In this document: positions 13,037 to 26,099 of the stretch, one piece after another | How positions within the stretch are numbered: the stretch's first letter is position 1 | Layout: the number at the start of each line of letters is the position of its first letter | Source: Takakia lepidozioides | Taxonomy: Eukaryota > Plantae > Bryophyta | Assembly: GCA_030704615.1 (NCBI GenBank) | Contig: CM060734.1 | Location: 55,800,001 to 55,864,000 of the forward strand | Reading direction: 5' to 3' | DNA: 64,000 bases | Program-made: the position numbers and the translations under genes | Notes under the pieces: model-generated | The model's input: the letters and a program-made list of their open reading frames with translations, nothing else | Database searches by the model: none | Told to the model about the DNA's origin: nothing

Positions 13037-15224
13037 TCAGGCCTGAGCAACATACTCAGCAAGTTTGCTAATTCGTGCAGCAAGCTCAGGTGATAGCTTG
13101 GATGCGGCTCGTCGGGGTTCCCGATAGGGCAGGTCCAATTTCATGGTGTCAGTGACATCTGGATTGCTCCATCCAGCTTTTTTCAAAGAGGTGGAGAGCA
13201 ACTCCACTTGCCTCACCAAGCCATCCAGCACTGCCTGCAGGCACAGTTACACACGTTAAGAAACTTTTACCTTAGCAACCACTACTAAGTAGAAAAGTTT
13301 GTCTGCCGATTTCAGGTTAAAACAACATCACAGATTGGACATGGGCTACAAGTGTATTGCTGTTCAAGGCTTTGGCTAAGACAAGCTCGGAATTTCCCTG
13401 CTTTCAAGGAATCCCCATGAAAAGACAAGCAAAATCTAGATACCCTGTTTTTAACTACATCAACAGAAAGTACGGACCTCTCCTCCTGAAACGACCCATA
13501 CAGGGCCAACCTAGCAAAATGTGACAGCCTTCTACTGACAAGCGCTCTGTTACCTGTGCATCCAGCTGTTGGTTCCACTGCTCTCGGGGTGGCGAAGTAT
13601 CCATCATGTCTGAGATGTCATCCTCTTTCCAGCCTCCGTTGCGAAGCACAGACGAAATCTCCTGCAAATAACCAGTCAAAGATCTCGGGACAAAACTGTT
13701 GTGAAAATCAGTGAACGCTTTGTCATTCCAAATCGCTTCTTCATTCTTCGTGGGATCCTGGTCTTTCGTATCGGCCAAATGTTTCTGCACAAATTTGGTT
13801 TGCACTTTGCTCAGATCTTCATCCACTTTACATGCGGAAAAGAGGCCCTCTGCTTGGGCCGCAGCATGCATCGCCTGCTGTTTCTCTGCCAGGTCACTCC
13901 AGAACTCAATCCGCCGGGGGATCCTGGCGGGCCATGCAGGCATTGCGAAATGCAACAGTGTTTTGCTGGAGAGTGTCCTCTCTTGAGAAAAATTGTACCT
14001 GCTAAGGTCATCTGGGCCTCCACCATTCCTGGGGCAGTCATCTGAATCTAATGACCTCACATCGAAGCTCTTCGAATACGTGAGCCTCCGGCTCGACCCC
14101 CCTTCCTGAAATCGTCCGAATGCACTCAACTGTTTGCCAACGCCATTCGAACTTCCCAGGAAAGCCTCCGAATGTTTTGCCAGAGAATCTAGATTACGGC
14201 CCCACGTTTCCCCTGACCCATCTGATTTCCCAGAGCCAGACGCCTCTGTCGAATCGGTTCCTGTAGAGGAGTTGGAATCACGATGGACCGAATCCAGATC
14301 TCTATCACTATCCCTCTCTCCCTCTGTTCTTCCTTGTTGACCCACATCGTCCCCATCCCTTCGCCCCGAACCTGAATCACCGCCTCTCAGAAGGTCTCTC
14401 GAACTACCCAGTCTTCCCAATCCTTCGCTCAAATCCAGAAATGCTGGAAACTCAAGGGGAGGCTCCAACTCATGGGGAAGGAACGCCTCGCGCTCAAAGA
14501 AATCTGCAACATCGTATCCACAGTAGACCACATCTTTCCTGTAGACGAAGAAGACCGGATTGCCTGCAAGGTTAGGCCAGCAAGGGATGTAGCAATGATT
14601 GTAGATGGGGACCAGGATGGGAGATTTACGCAAGGCAATGCGCGCAATACGAACAGCCTGATCAGTATCGGCAGGCCGTGGGCCCCAATGTTTCCACCAG
14701 AATTGTCCTGTCCCAACCTCATGTGATATACCCGCAATGGGAAGACTGAGGCGCATTCGAAGCTGTTGCGAACCCTCTCTCCTCCAGTCAGGGAAACCCT
14801 CCCCTACAGGCAGTCCTTCTTGAAGGATTCCCTTCAAATCAGGAGGGAACGTGAAGCCAAAGGCAGCCTCCACCCTTTCAAACTCCTCATCAGACAGGCC
14901 TTTCGCAATTGGAACGTGGAATTTCTTCAGATGATCTATCACAGTACGGGCATATGCAGCGAAGGAGAAGTGTACCCTGCGCGTGCCTGGGGGGGTAGTG
15001 GGGCCTGCCTTAGCCCTTGCAGAGAGGCGCTTGAGGCCTGCTACATGAGCTTGATACTGGTGACTCACTCTCTGTGGTTCCACATCCAACATCGTATGGC
15101 TCAACCCGCTCCCTAAGAAATCTATGTGCCTAACACCTTCTTCTCTCTCGTGGTGCTCAAGGTCTGATGTCCACAATCTCCTTTCGACGTACTCGGTTTC
15201 TCGCCGCCTGCCACCTCTGCTCAT
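13037..15224 (-). CDS. Uncharacterised plant protein with an SMI1/KNR4 (SUKH)-like N-terminal domain, 2 exons, 622 aa
   Basis: Exon 1 is 15224-13554 (donor CAG|GTA), exon 2 is 13234-13037 (acceptor CTGCAG|GCA), phase 0. It contains HVAGLKRLSAR, GLSDEEFERVEAAFGFTFPPDLKGILQEGLPVGEGFPDWR, WGPRP, PILVPIYNHCYIPC..LAGNPVF, IEFWSD and paired C-terminal LRNGGW/LKKAGW blocks. These match, from memory, the Arabidopsis At3g50340/At5g67020-like family. Confidence 0.88.
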
Positions 15225-18200
15225 AGGTTACTCCACCGGCCTGTTGTTCATTTCGAGCCACATCTATCAACACTCGATTACCCTTCGTTTCTTCCAATCC
15301 TCGTGATTCCTAGCCATTGCAACCACTCCGGAGCTGTCCGCTTTGCTCACCCCCTCGGGAAACCGAGCTTCTGTCCAAAGTATAGACTTCCAAACGTAGT
15401 ATCAGTGAGCACACGATAAACAACCCGCGTCTCCCACACCCTGATGCATGTCCCGGCTGGATACGATCACGTCGGTTGAGAGCACGATGCTTTCATGAAA
15501 AAGGGAAGGAAGAGAAGAATTACACACATCTGTCCCTTCATACTAGAAAGACCAGGGATGCAATAGTAACGCCAGGACCTGTACCAGCCACCTGAAACAC
15601 CTCTCCTCCAACTGCATGAAGAAGCCAACACGAAGCTGCCGATCCTACGCCCAGAACACAGAGAGGGATGGATGCAGAACACGTTTAGCACCAACTGGGT
15701 TCAACTACGATCTCCGAATCCAGGCCCATATAAGTGAAGTACCTCGAGTGGAGAGCACAAGCTGCAGTCCGACCCACGATGGAGACACAACCAACACATA
15801 CTACAGGCTCTCAGTGAATGCAGACAATCATCGCACGTGGACAAAGACGCAGAGAGAAACAAACGAAGAGAGACGATGCTCCCCTTCCAGCCTTGATTTG
15901 CACAGACCCACAATTATGGAAGGAACCACAAGAGGACGCGGCAGACTGGAGAGGGACTGGAGCCCAACTGGACAGACACAGAGAGGATCAGAGAGCACTA
16001 GAAATCTGGTGGTGGTGCCCCAGAAACACAGTAAGAGAAGGAAACAGTAAGTAAATGCAAAGGCACTCGGCAGAAAGATCGTGTAGTGCAGTCAGTCTCC
16101 CCAGCACAACCCGGGCGGCCCCCCCTCCACCCTCCCCCTGCCCTTCATATCCTTCGGCCTCCCAATCCTCACCCCATGCCTAAGGCTCGGATGGTCCAAC
16201 GGGCATCTGGGTTAGGCTTGGCCTACTCCCATCCATCTTTTTTTGTCTCTTTTTCCCAACAAAACAGCACACTGGACAAGAATAGAGTTTGCTCTAAAAG
16301 CAGAAGAAGAAGAAGAAGAAGACGACTTCTCCCAGTATATACTCTGCCCACTTTGCCGTCCTCGGAATATCTCTGTTGGCTGCCAACAACTAACTAATAG
16401 CTCATATCTAAGCTAAGTAAGTAATGGTGGGCTGTGCTGTTATGTCGTAAACCACATGCCTGGACCCCAGGCCTGCTGCTTCAGCTCTGGGGGCTGTACT
16501 CTGTCACGGGAAGCTTCACACCCTTGCAATTACTCCTTTCAATGTACTAACTACTAACCCTTGTAGTTGTTTATGTAGGTATCCCTTCAACATATTCATA
16601 CCTGTAGGTTGTCTGCAAAGCCATCATCATATGTATACCTTCAACTTCCCCTCCCTCACATTCATTTTGGGGAATGAGTTTTATACATGTAAGATCATAT
16701 CTGGATGGTTAGAGTCAAAAGCATCAGTGGGCTGCAAATCCAATAACCACAAAATGTATCCACCAAGAGATGGGTGCTCACAGCAGGAATCCCGACAGAT
16801 GCAGTGATTGTTTGCAAATTCTTCCATTGCGCTTGGGTATGTAGAGATCCCAGAGGCTGAAGAATGGAGACCCTGAAGTCTTCGAATGAATCTTGAATAA
16901 GTAGAGGGTAGAGGGAGAGGGTAGAGGGGGTTGGAAGGCATTCAGGCACCCGTGGACAACACGGCACGGCACGGGTGGTGCTGGCAGAGGCAAACAGGGA
17001 AGGGACTACACGTGTGGGAACTAATAAATATTCAGAGCCATGGCCCCACTGCGCTACTTGGAGCCCAGAAGTGCGGCATGGCCTGCTGCATCGCTCGAGG
17101 CTCTCCCTCCCTTTTACACAACTCTGCTGCCCCCCAATTGCGGCGGGAGCACATATGACACACAGAGGAAATTCCAGTGATCGATCAGAAACCATAACTA
17201 TCCTTCTGGAGACTCACAGGGCAGCCTGATGCATCCATGAACTAGAAAGATTGCTCTTTCCTGCAGTGGAACTTGGCAGCAATCCATGTACTTTAATGAC
17301 TTGCTTAGCTCTTGGAGACACTTGCCCGAATTGGTAGCAATGTGCAAAACATCATGACTTTCCTCCAGGAAACTCGCCACCCAACTTCATAGCTTAAGCC
17401 TTAAACGAATCGATACATGGAGGCAGTACCCAGCAATTTAACGTCTTGGGGAGTCAGGACTAAATTTGCTAGCCGTCCAGTACACGTGTGGGCTGTGGTA
17501 GCTCCTCTTGGGAACTCACTGACAGGGGGCCAATAGCAAGGTCCGGATCTTCGACGAGCACATGGAACCGTGTGTGTTTGATCCCGGATCAAGGTAGGAG
17601 TGCCTGGTGAGCAAAGAAATCACCTATGAAGCTTCAAAAGATGGGGGACCAGGGCACTTAAGCATCAGCAAAAAGATTCTCAGATTCATGGCCACAGTTC
17701 CCAAGAGAGAGAAAGATAACAGATACATTTGTGAAAATGCACGTTCGAGTGCTCCGAGCGGAAACTTCCTCGCTCCTGCTCTCACCGATGAGGCCTGCAC
17801 CTGTGTCTTCAAGTCTTGTTAGGCTGACTCTCCAGGGTATTACAACATGAGTAACCCACTGTTCGGATCCACAAGTTCGGTGTTCAAATTCCCTTACTTG
17901 ACAAGCCATTTCTTCGGAGGTTCGATACGGAATTTCTCTGTTGAGGCACAAGAAGACACAAGTGTGGGCAGATAGTTATGAGTTGTTATGAACTGACAGG
18001 TAGGTGCAGGTGATCTCTTTGGGAAAAACTACAAAAAACGTATTGACTTTGGTAGTTCTCTCGACTGCCGGGAGGGATAAAACGTTTGAATGCGAAGACA
18101 GAATATGGTGACAGAAGTAATCTTTGCCAGAGCGATACGTGAGAGTTGATTCATTGCGTGTTTTCTAGTGTGGTCAGAGATTCTTGCATAAGCAAGTGCT

Positions 18201-21200
18201 CTCAACTTGCTAAACAAGTATTCTGGACATTAAAATACTCATAAGTGCTCCAAGTCCCTTGGAGGTCCAGGAATGACTGCATTCAGAACTATTAACTGCA
18301 ACATGGGCGCAACATGGTGGTGGAGGTAGCTTCCTGCTGGTCCAAATGCGGAAGCTCACACCAGAAAAACAAGCATTATTCCTGCCACAGCCCACGGAGG
18401 ATTGGACCCAAGGCAGTCGCGGATAAAGATGATTACACAGACTTTTAGACCGCAGTTGTATTATAATTTTTCCCATGTATCCACTCCCAAGATGTGCAAA
18501 AGTTGCCTTATACCGGAGGATGAAGGCATTGTGGTTTTCCAAGGGGAATGTGCAACAGTTTCCACCCAGCTGGCCAGCACTAGGGCCTACTTGTTCGAAG
18601 ACATATTGAAGCAAGTGTGGGTAAGAAACTGTTCTCGGAATCGAAGTTCGTGGGGAAACCTGTTGAGTCTTCCACAATCACCCCCTAAGTACACTAGATT
18701 ATTCATGAGCAACATAATCTACTGCAGACTCCAGTGCTGATCTTGCTCGACTGAAATTGGAATCCCGATGATCATTGATGAGCGAGTCTTCGTCTTCGTT
18801 TCTCACACGCTCAAGGACACTCTAAAAACGGGGACTCATGAAGTTGGTTTTAATTTCTCGGAGACCTCAAGATCTTGTTCAACAAATGATGGGGCTAGCC
18901 GCACGAAACTAGACAGCCCAGATCATGTTTTCGTCCGTCAGGTGGTTTCCGTGTTGGTCTGAGAATATGAATCTAGGAGCTGGGTCACATTAGGTGAGGG
19001 TCTCAATGTGAATCCTCCAAGGTCCTCCATTTGGTCAGTGATTGATCTCATGGCCGTCTCGCAAAAGCGGGTTCCGGACGGTACACTGCGATGGTGATTC
19101 ATTCAATCTTACGAGTAGATTAGTTACTCTTAGCTTTATTCAGCATCCGTACCTGGCCAAAGCTAGACCCTCTTACTACTGTGAACACTGAGTTCGTGGT
19201 TCATGCCCACGTCGTCCCAGCCCCGGACAGCCCAGTTATATACATGCTTATATCTCATTGGTCTGCAGCTTCCAAATGTACCCGGACCGCATGGGCTAAG
19301 TTTATCCAAGAAGCTTCGGCTCTATTGGCCTGATTATTAATTTACACGGAAAATATCATTGGGTGTCTTGTGGATCGTCCAGCAAATCTGAAAAATCTTG
19401 CTGTTACCTAACTGCAGTACCAGCGCTTGGATTCCAGTTTCAGAAGCTCCATGAAAAAATTAGAAAGAAAACAACAATAATCTATGGCCTCCGTCTTCCC
19501 TCAAAGATTTGAAAGCAGTTCAGCACGGCGGACCACACAAATGATACCAGTACCCAGTACCATGCGAAGGATTTGAAGCTAAAGAAAGAAGATCACGACA
19601 CAAAAAGCATATCGGAATGCTAGCCCCTCTACTAGTTAGCCTCTAGCTGACCGGTTCGGGAGGCGTTTCGTGCCACACCGAGCATTTCATCTTGTGCATG
19701 CATGTGTGCTTTCGGACAAAAGTTCCTTGAATCTCCTACACTAACTTCCATGGCATTATTACTGCGCAAGCGCATTGAAAGCTCGCTCTTATGAGTATTC
19801 CAACGACCCACAAGTTGGAAAAGCACGCAATTCTCTTGTCTGTTTGAGATGGGAATCATGCAATTCGTTGGGAGGAATGGGAAGTGCGCATTGTGCGAGT
19901 CTCATCAGTAATAACTGCCTGGAATGCAATGCACATGTGAGCTTTGTAGATGAGATGGAGTGGGTCCCTCAAGTGGCTCAAGTGATGATGTGGCAGCAGG
20001 GCTACGGTCAGAGCCAGGATGCCGGTCTGCCGGCGACAAGCTCTTTGGGCGTGCAGGTCGGTGGTTGCTTTCCGGCATTAAATTGCTTCCATTCTCTTCT
20101 TGTTGGGTGTCCAACTTGAAAAGCGAGTGACCCGTCGAGGCTTCCAAGTTCCACAGTGCAGTGCAGATTAGATTTACGATCATGTAGGGGATCTTTGAGG
20201 AGAATCATCCGAGCTTCTCTGGCTTTGACAAAGTGGTTCGGGATATGAGGGTTTTGGCGATGACAAGAATTTTGATGGAAGGACCGGATAAAGCTTTTCT
20301 GGCACTGATCTTAGCTGCAGTGTTGCAGGATTGTGTTGTTTGCGGCCAGAAAAATGGCACATGTGAGACGGGCCCACACAATGGAGCGTGCTACAGGAGA
20401 TGATGCAAAACACGGAGTGGGTGTGGGGTAGGTTGCTCCTCGCCGTCCTCATGAAGACCGTTGCTCTGACAATCTTGTCGGCGGGCCCAATCGCGTGCGT
20501 GCCTTCTCATGCTTACCGGCCATTGCAAAGCTCCAAGCTGCACCAGGTGGCGCTCCTTTGATCGCACCACCCGAGAAAGCCTGCTTCTAGAACTTTTGCT
20601 CACGGTCCCACACCCCACCTCCTCCATCATCAACCTGCACTCCTCTAAGTTCTCTCCCTCCCCCCCCCCCTTCAATCCGGACCCAACCCACTCCTGCATC
20701 ACCATCATTCTCGGCGAATACATGTGCTGTCTTTCCTGTTCGAGTACTTGCCCTGTTGATCCACATTGGCAGTATTATTAGGTAAGCCCGATGACAGTCC
20801 CACCAATCCATTCCTCGAGCTCCTAACCGAACTGGATCCCATGCAGTGACGGCGATGGAAAGTTCTCGATTCCAAGACAAGATCAGTTGGCGTAATTCAA
20901 CACACTAGTCTGTGGCAAGTTTTGTGGAGAGTCGGGCATGGATTCTCGGGGTAAAAATGGCAGCTGCCTGTTTGTTCATATCTCCAGTTGTCGTGTAGCA
21001 TTGAAGCACCGCCCTGCTTGCTTCGTCGCACCATCGCCAGCATCTTCGTCACCACCTTCTAGAATTGCAACAATAATAGATCCTCTTCCTCTCCCCGACC
21101 ATCTTTAGCGCGTCATCCGAATCATGGCATCGTCTCTTTGTTTGTCCCAAGTAACCCTCTACTGGACCCATAATCACACACTAACTGACCTAACTTATTA

Positions 21201-21221
21201 ATTCACTGCTCCAATTACTCA

Positions 21222-21282
21222 GGATTTGAGCCCAGAATCGCTTGGGAGGCACTCAGTACACTCTCCAACTGAGCTGCCGACT
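21222..21282 (-). mobile_element. Degenerate tRNA-derived SINE head
   Basis: The minus strand has an A box (GCAGCTCAGTTGG) and a B-box-like GGGCTCAAATCC at tRNA-like spacing. No convincing cloverleaf. Confidence 0.45.
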
Positions 21283-22549
21283 GATGGGCATAACATTAAC
21301 TTATGATTAACATTTAAATATGTATGCAAACACTGGTCTGCAAGTGAACTCAAGTTTGCTCAGACCCAAACTTTCGAATAACCTAACCTATGACTCAACC
21401 CACTCACTTGACCCAAAATTCTATTTTCTAGGGTTCCACCCAAAAAAAAAGTGTAAGCAGCAGGACTTAGACTGGGGCAGGAGTCCTCTCTCTCTCACAA
21501 GTGGGAAGAAAAGATGATAGAGTGCTCAAAGAAAGCCAAATTTGGGTCATGCACTCACTAGTAGAGACCTATAATGTCAACAAGTGCACTTCTTATTTTT
21601 GCCATCACACAAAACCAGACTGGAGAGCTTTATTTAAGGAAAACCGTGAAAGAAAACTGTAGAGGGGAGGCGGACCCGGAAGGTTCCCCTCGGCTAGGGA
21701 GTGGAAAACAAAAGGATAGCAGATAATAAAAGAAAAATAGTCCTTGTGACTCTCACTACAGAAACATAGATCTACCTTCCATCCACATATTCTTGTACCC
21801 ATCGGTCAGCCTGCAGAACTGCCAAATGGGTCATAAAATTTATGCTAATTTGGTCTCGCTTGGTCATACCATAATACAGTATTCATTGGCTTTGGTGGAA
21901 AATAATGAGCCTCTTGCCTCATGGCGAGGTTACTTTGAAAGAGGTTATTTTCCGGGATGTTTCCCAAAAAGGAAAAAGTATAGAAAGTCTAGATGGTACC
22001 CTAAATGTCACGTCAGGAAGGGGGGTGCTTAAGTTTCCGTGCTTCTGCCTTAGGATGGATTTCAAGGAAATTGCCAAAAGAATTGTCATTTTCATTTTCC
22101 ATACTGGGACTGAACGACTGAACCCTAAACATCATCTGTCTCCGTTACCCTAGTGCTTTGGGTTGCTTCAACAGAAAATAATTCCACCAGAGAATGCCTG
22201 GCGAGTGAACATGAAATACTGAATATCACTTGAACACAATACTGTGGGCTATCGGTATAGTGTTAGGCCATAAGGTTTACATCTTTGTGGATCGGTTAAC
22301 ACCCTAACTTTTTCTTAGTAATGAAGGGCCTGAGCCTTCAGTATCAAACTATAAAAGAGTTTGTACAGCAAAAATCTTTTTCCTCAACAAAGGAAGTGAT
22401 CACTGAAGTCACTTTGTTCCCAAGACTTTCTTGTCCTTATGATTGGGTTGCTTAGGTAACATGAGCCCTATTTTCCGATTGTCTCCGAAAATGTTTTGCA
22501 AAATCTCTTGCATTAGCCAAATTTTGTTTCGCCATATACGAGAATACAA

Positions 22550-23047
22550 GTGTTGGGCAGGTATGTCAATCTTTTATACCAACCTGATCCGGACTTATTT
22601 ACCTGTTTTTAAGATTTTTGTTGTCCGGGGGATGTGCATAATCTATGCTCATTTTTTTGTTGCCGGTCATGGCTCGGGGGTAAGAGAATGTTTTGCAATT
22701 AGATATATCCGCTGGATCTAGGTAAATTGAATACGTGGAACCTTTTTGGTTGTCAATATTGCCGATCCTACCATCGTGTGTGTTTTTAAAGCCAGTTATG
22801 GATTCCACCACGAGGTATCAAATAGAATAATCATAATGCTGAATAAATCCGTATATGTATTTCAAGATATTAAAAAATATCAATTTTTTTGTTATATCAG
22901 TATTGTATTTTTATTTAAGTCTCTAAACTCTAAACTCGTTTATGCCCACTTACTTACAGTATACCAGCCAGGTATCCGCAGGTATTTAAAATATTCATAC
23001 CTGCTCGGTAGCAATCCAGTAAAAGTCTAATTGAACCTGCCCAATCA
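22550..23047. mobile_element. MITE-like element (possibly hAT-derived)
   Basis: Inverted termini TTGGGCAGGT (~22553) and ACCTGCCCAA (~23035), AT-rich interior with repeated ATCCG/TACC motifs. Confidence 0.4.
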
Positions 23048-26000
23048 TATCTCCACCACGGTCCGGGTATCAAGATGTTAAGGTATTAATATTCTAAAAA
23101 TCTATAAACGTATTAAAAAATATAAAGATATTATGTATAGCCTCAGGCTGGTTTTTGAGATCTAAATGCGGTTTTTTTTCTTAAAAATGACGTGACTTAC
23201 GTGCCACACGACGATAACTTATAACTTTATAACATAGCAATTGTACTGTGCATGTATACTAAAGCCCATAAGGCCCCAGTAGTTACAAAGCCGCCTTTGC
23301 GGGTTCAAAAGTCATCATAAGAGCTCTTACAATTCGTTTCTTTCTATCACCTTAGGAGGTCAGCTCGGAAAGTTGCAAATGATCTTCCTAACCCCCCCTT
23401 CGTTGGGATGTTTCTGGTTTACAGATCTCAGACACTAAAAAAAAAAAAAACCCTTCCGATTTCGCAATAGAAAGCATGAAATTTCCTAACCCCTACTCGC
23501 CGCTGCAAATTTGTACATTACATGGATTTAGCCTAACAAAAATGCAAGTGAAGTTTAGGGCTGCCTATCTTGACTCACCTTGGGGCGACCCGCCCCCAAA
23601 TGATACTACAAAGGAGCTACAAGCAAAACATCTCTGAAAATGTTGTTGGAAGGTGGGTTACATTGATGGTGAGATATGTGTTTCCCAAAAAGAACTGAAA
23701 ACAACCTTTTCCCCCAAAACTTCAAAGGGGAGTTGCTAGGGTTTGTTTTTGTCCTCCACTAAGTTAAACCCTTCTAATCTTCCCATTCCCCATTGCTATG
23801 GTGGATTGCTCTGAAAGTGCTCTGAAAGTTTGAGCATTCCATCACAAATGTTTTTGCTTGAAAGTAACTTATCTGCCTTCAATTCGTTAGGCCCGTGTGG
23901 TGTGGGACTGTCTGCAGCAGAGCTGATCCGCTTAAGACTGATGTGCAGACTCGTCCGAGCATTGTGCGGTTGGCACGTCAAATTGGAGCTACAGAGACAG
24001 ACCCAATTAAGTCTGTGATGGATTATGCCGCCTAATAACTATCGTCTAACTATGCAGCAATCATTTGATCATTAAAATATATGACTAACTTTGGTAGCAA
24101 CTCGATGAAGGGAGGAAGAAAGTGGCTGCTTCAACTCTGCTCACCCACTCACATCAGATGAGCAACCTACGAAGTGAGAGAGAGATAGGTTTTGCTTTTC
24201 TCGCTTGCCAGTTGATTAGGTGTGGCAGAGACGAGTTGCCGTGTTGCTTGACAAGCCAATCATGCAAATGCAGAACGGCCCGGATGGCAACAAAGTCCAG
24301 ATGAATTCGCTTTAGCCTTTTCCCAAACCCAAGAGAAGGTCTAACAGGTCAATGTGTAAAGCCAAAGAAGGCGCCCACAGTTACGCCGACGCTCTCACAG
24401 GCACGGCCCGAATGGGAAGCTCTAGCGAGGATAATGACGAATCCGGGGGTCATTATTTCTCTCTCGTGTGGAGGTGTCATTTTTATTGTAAATATCTCTC
24501 CTCTCCCAAATCAGCTTCACCTCATTAATAAGGGGGGACGGCATGAGCCTTCTTCCTCTTGTGATGAGTTTTGATACTAGTCTCTTTCCCAAAAGACAAA
24601 GCACGCCATATGATGAAAAGAGCACGCTACTAGCTTCAATATCTCAGCTCCTCCTAGATCCAGTGGACCTGGGCAGCTGGTGAGGGACAACCGACCAGTG
24701 GGGAATTAAGTGGACAGTAACAGACAGCAATGATTATTCTGTCTGCCATCCATTTCGCTGTTGTAACTTGTAACGGTCAGCTGCCATGCGCAGGCTCATC
24801 ACTGTCTCGATCCTAAGTTACTTGCCTCCATGCTATATGTCAATCTTCCTCCTTCGGAGTCATGAGATATTTCACAGTGCAGAGATGGTGTGATCCCATC
24901 CCTTCCATAAGCGACAGTGTGCGCTGGAAAGGACTTCTAATGGACCCAAATGTCTATCATCTGACCACTGCCCTCTGCATGTTGTTGAAAAACCCACCCT
25001 CTCAAATTTCAAACACTATCAGAAACGATACGGTAGCCTTGATATCAAAAGGCCTTGGAGCTTCAAAATCAGAGTTCTCAGCTGCTCAAGGAATCCTCTT
25101 GTCAACCGATCAGTAAGTTACTCAAGCATATTTCTCTACATCACTCTCTACATCAATCTCAAGCAGGTGTTAGTCTCTCTAACATCTGATTGTTGACCTA
25201 ACATTCTCGGCAGCAGCAGCATGGGGGGCAACAGCAGCAGAGTGCAATCCAGAGGGCCCCCAGCAAAATAATGGGCCACTGACAAGCAGCTCCAGTCACG
25301 TCGCCGGCGAGCGCATTCTGCCGGGTATTATAACGTTCAGGCCCCACCGGAATACCCACCGTATATTTGTACCTTGTACTTATGACGTCACCCACTACCT
25401 ATACCTACCGTTTTAGCTAGCTAGGTACCCACCTGGTAGGTAGGTACCTACTACCTACCTACATTGGTATATACCGTATGTATTATGTATGTCTTTCCCG
25501 TATTTGTAGCGAACTGGAGAAGTATCTGGCAGCCGTGGCAGGCGAGGATGACATCGTTGAAATGGATGGAAGACCCTGTGCATCCTGTTACATTCATTCA
25601 CTTTGGGAGAGAGAGAGAGAAGATTTCGGCCGAGGTTGGCCTAACTTCACTTGGGTTACTAAGGGCCGGTTTTACACGAGGGCCGGGCCCAAGACTAGAG
25701 CTTTTGGGCCCACGATGGGGCTGAATGAAATGATTAAAATATAATTTTCAAGGAATTAGGCCCTCTTCGTGTAAATCTATTGGGCCCAAGCCTAAGGCCC
25801 AACCTACACCAAAATAAAAAATATATAGACACCTCCGAAGGGAGCGTAAATTATGGTGTCTCTTCAGCACTACTGTCTTCCTGCTGAAAGGTGGACACTG
25901 GACACCTTCGTGATACACCAAACCGTGGTTTGAACCCACAACCACATCCAACGTGGTATGTGCCCATTACCGCAGGAGCTACATGCTGGTTGTCAACCTG

Positions 26001-26099
26001 CACCAATGTCAACAACTCTCCCCCTTCTTCTTCTGCGCTTCAAGTTGTCTCCCATCCTGTATCCCTAAACTATGGAAGCAAGAAGGCATAATATTCTTG

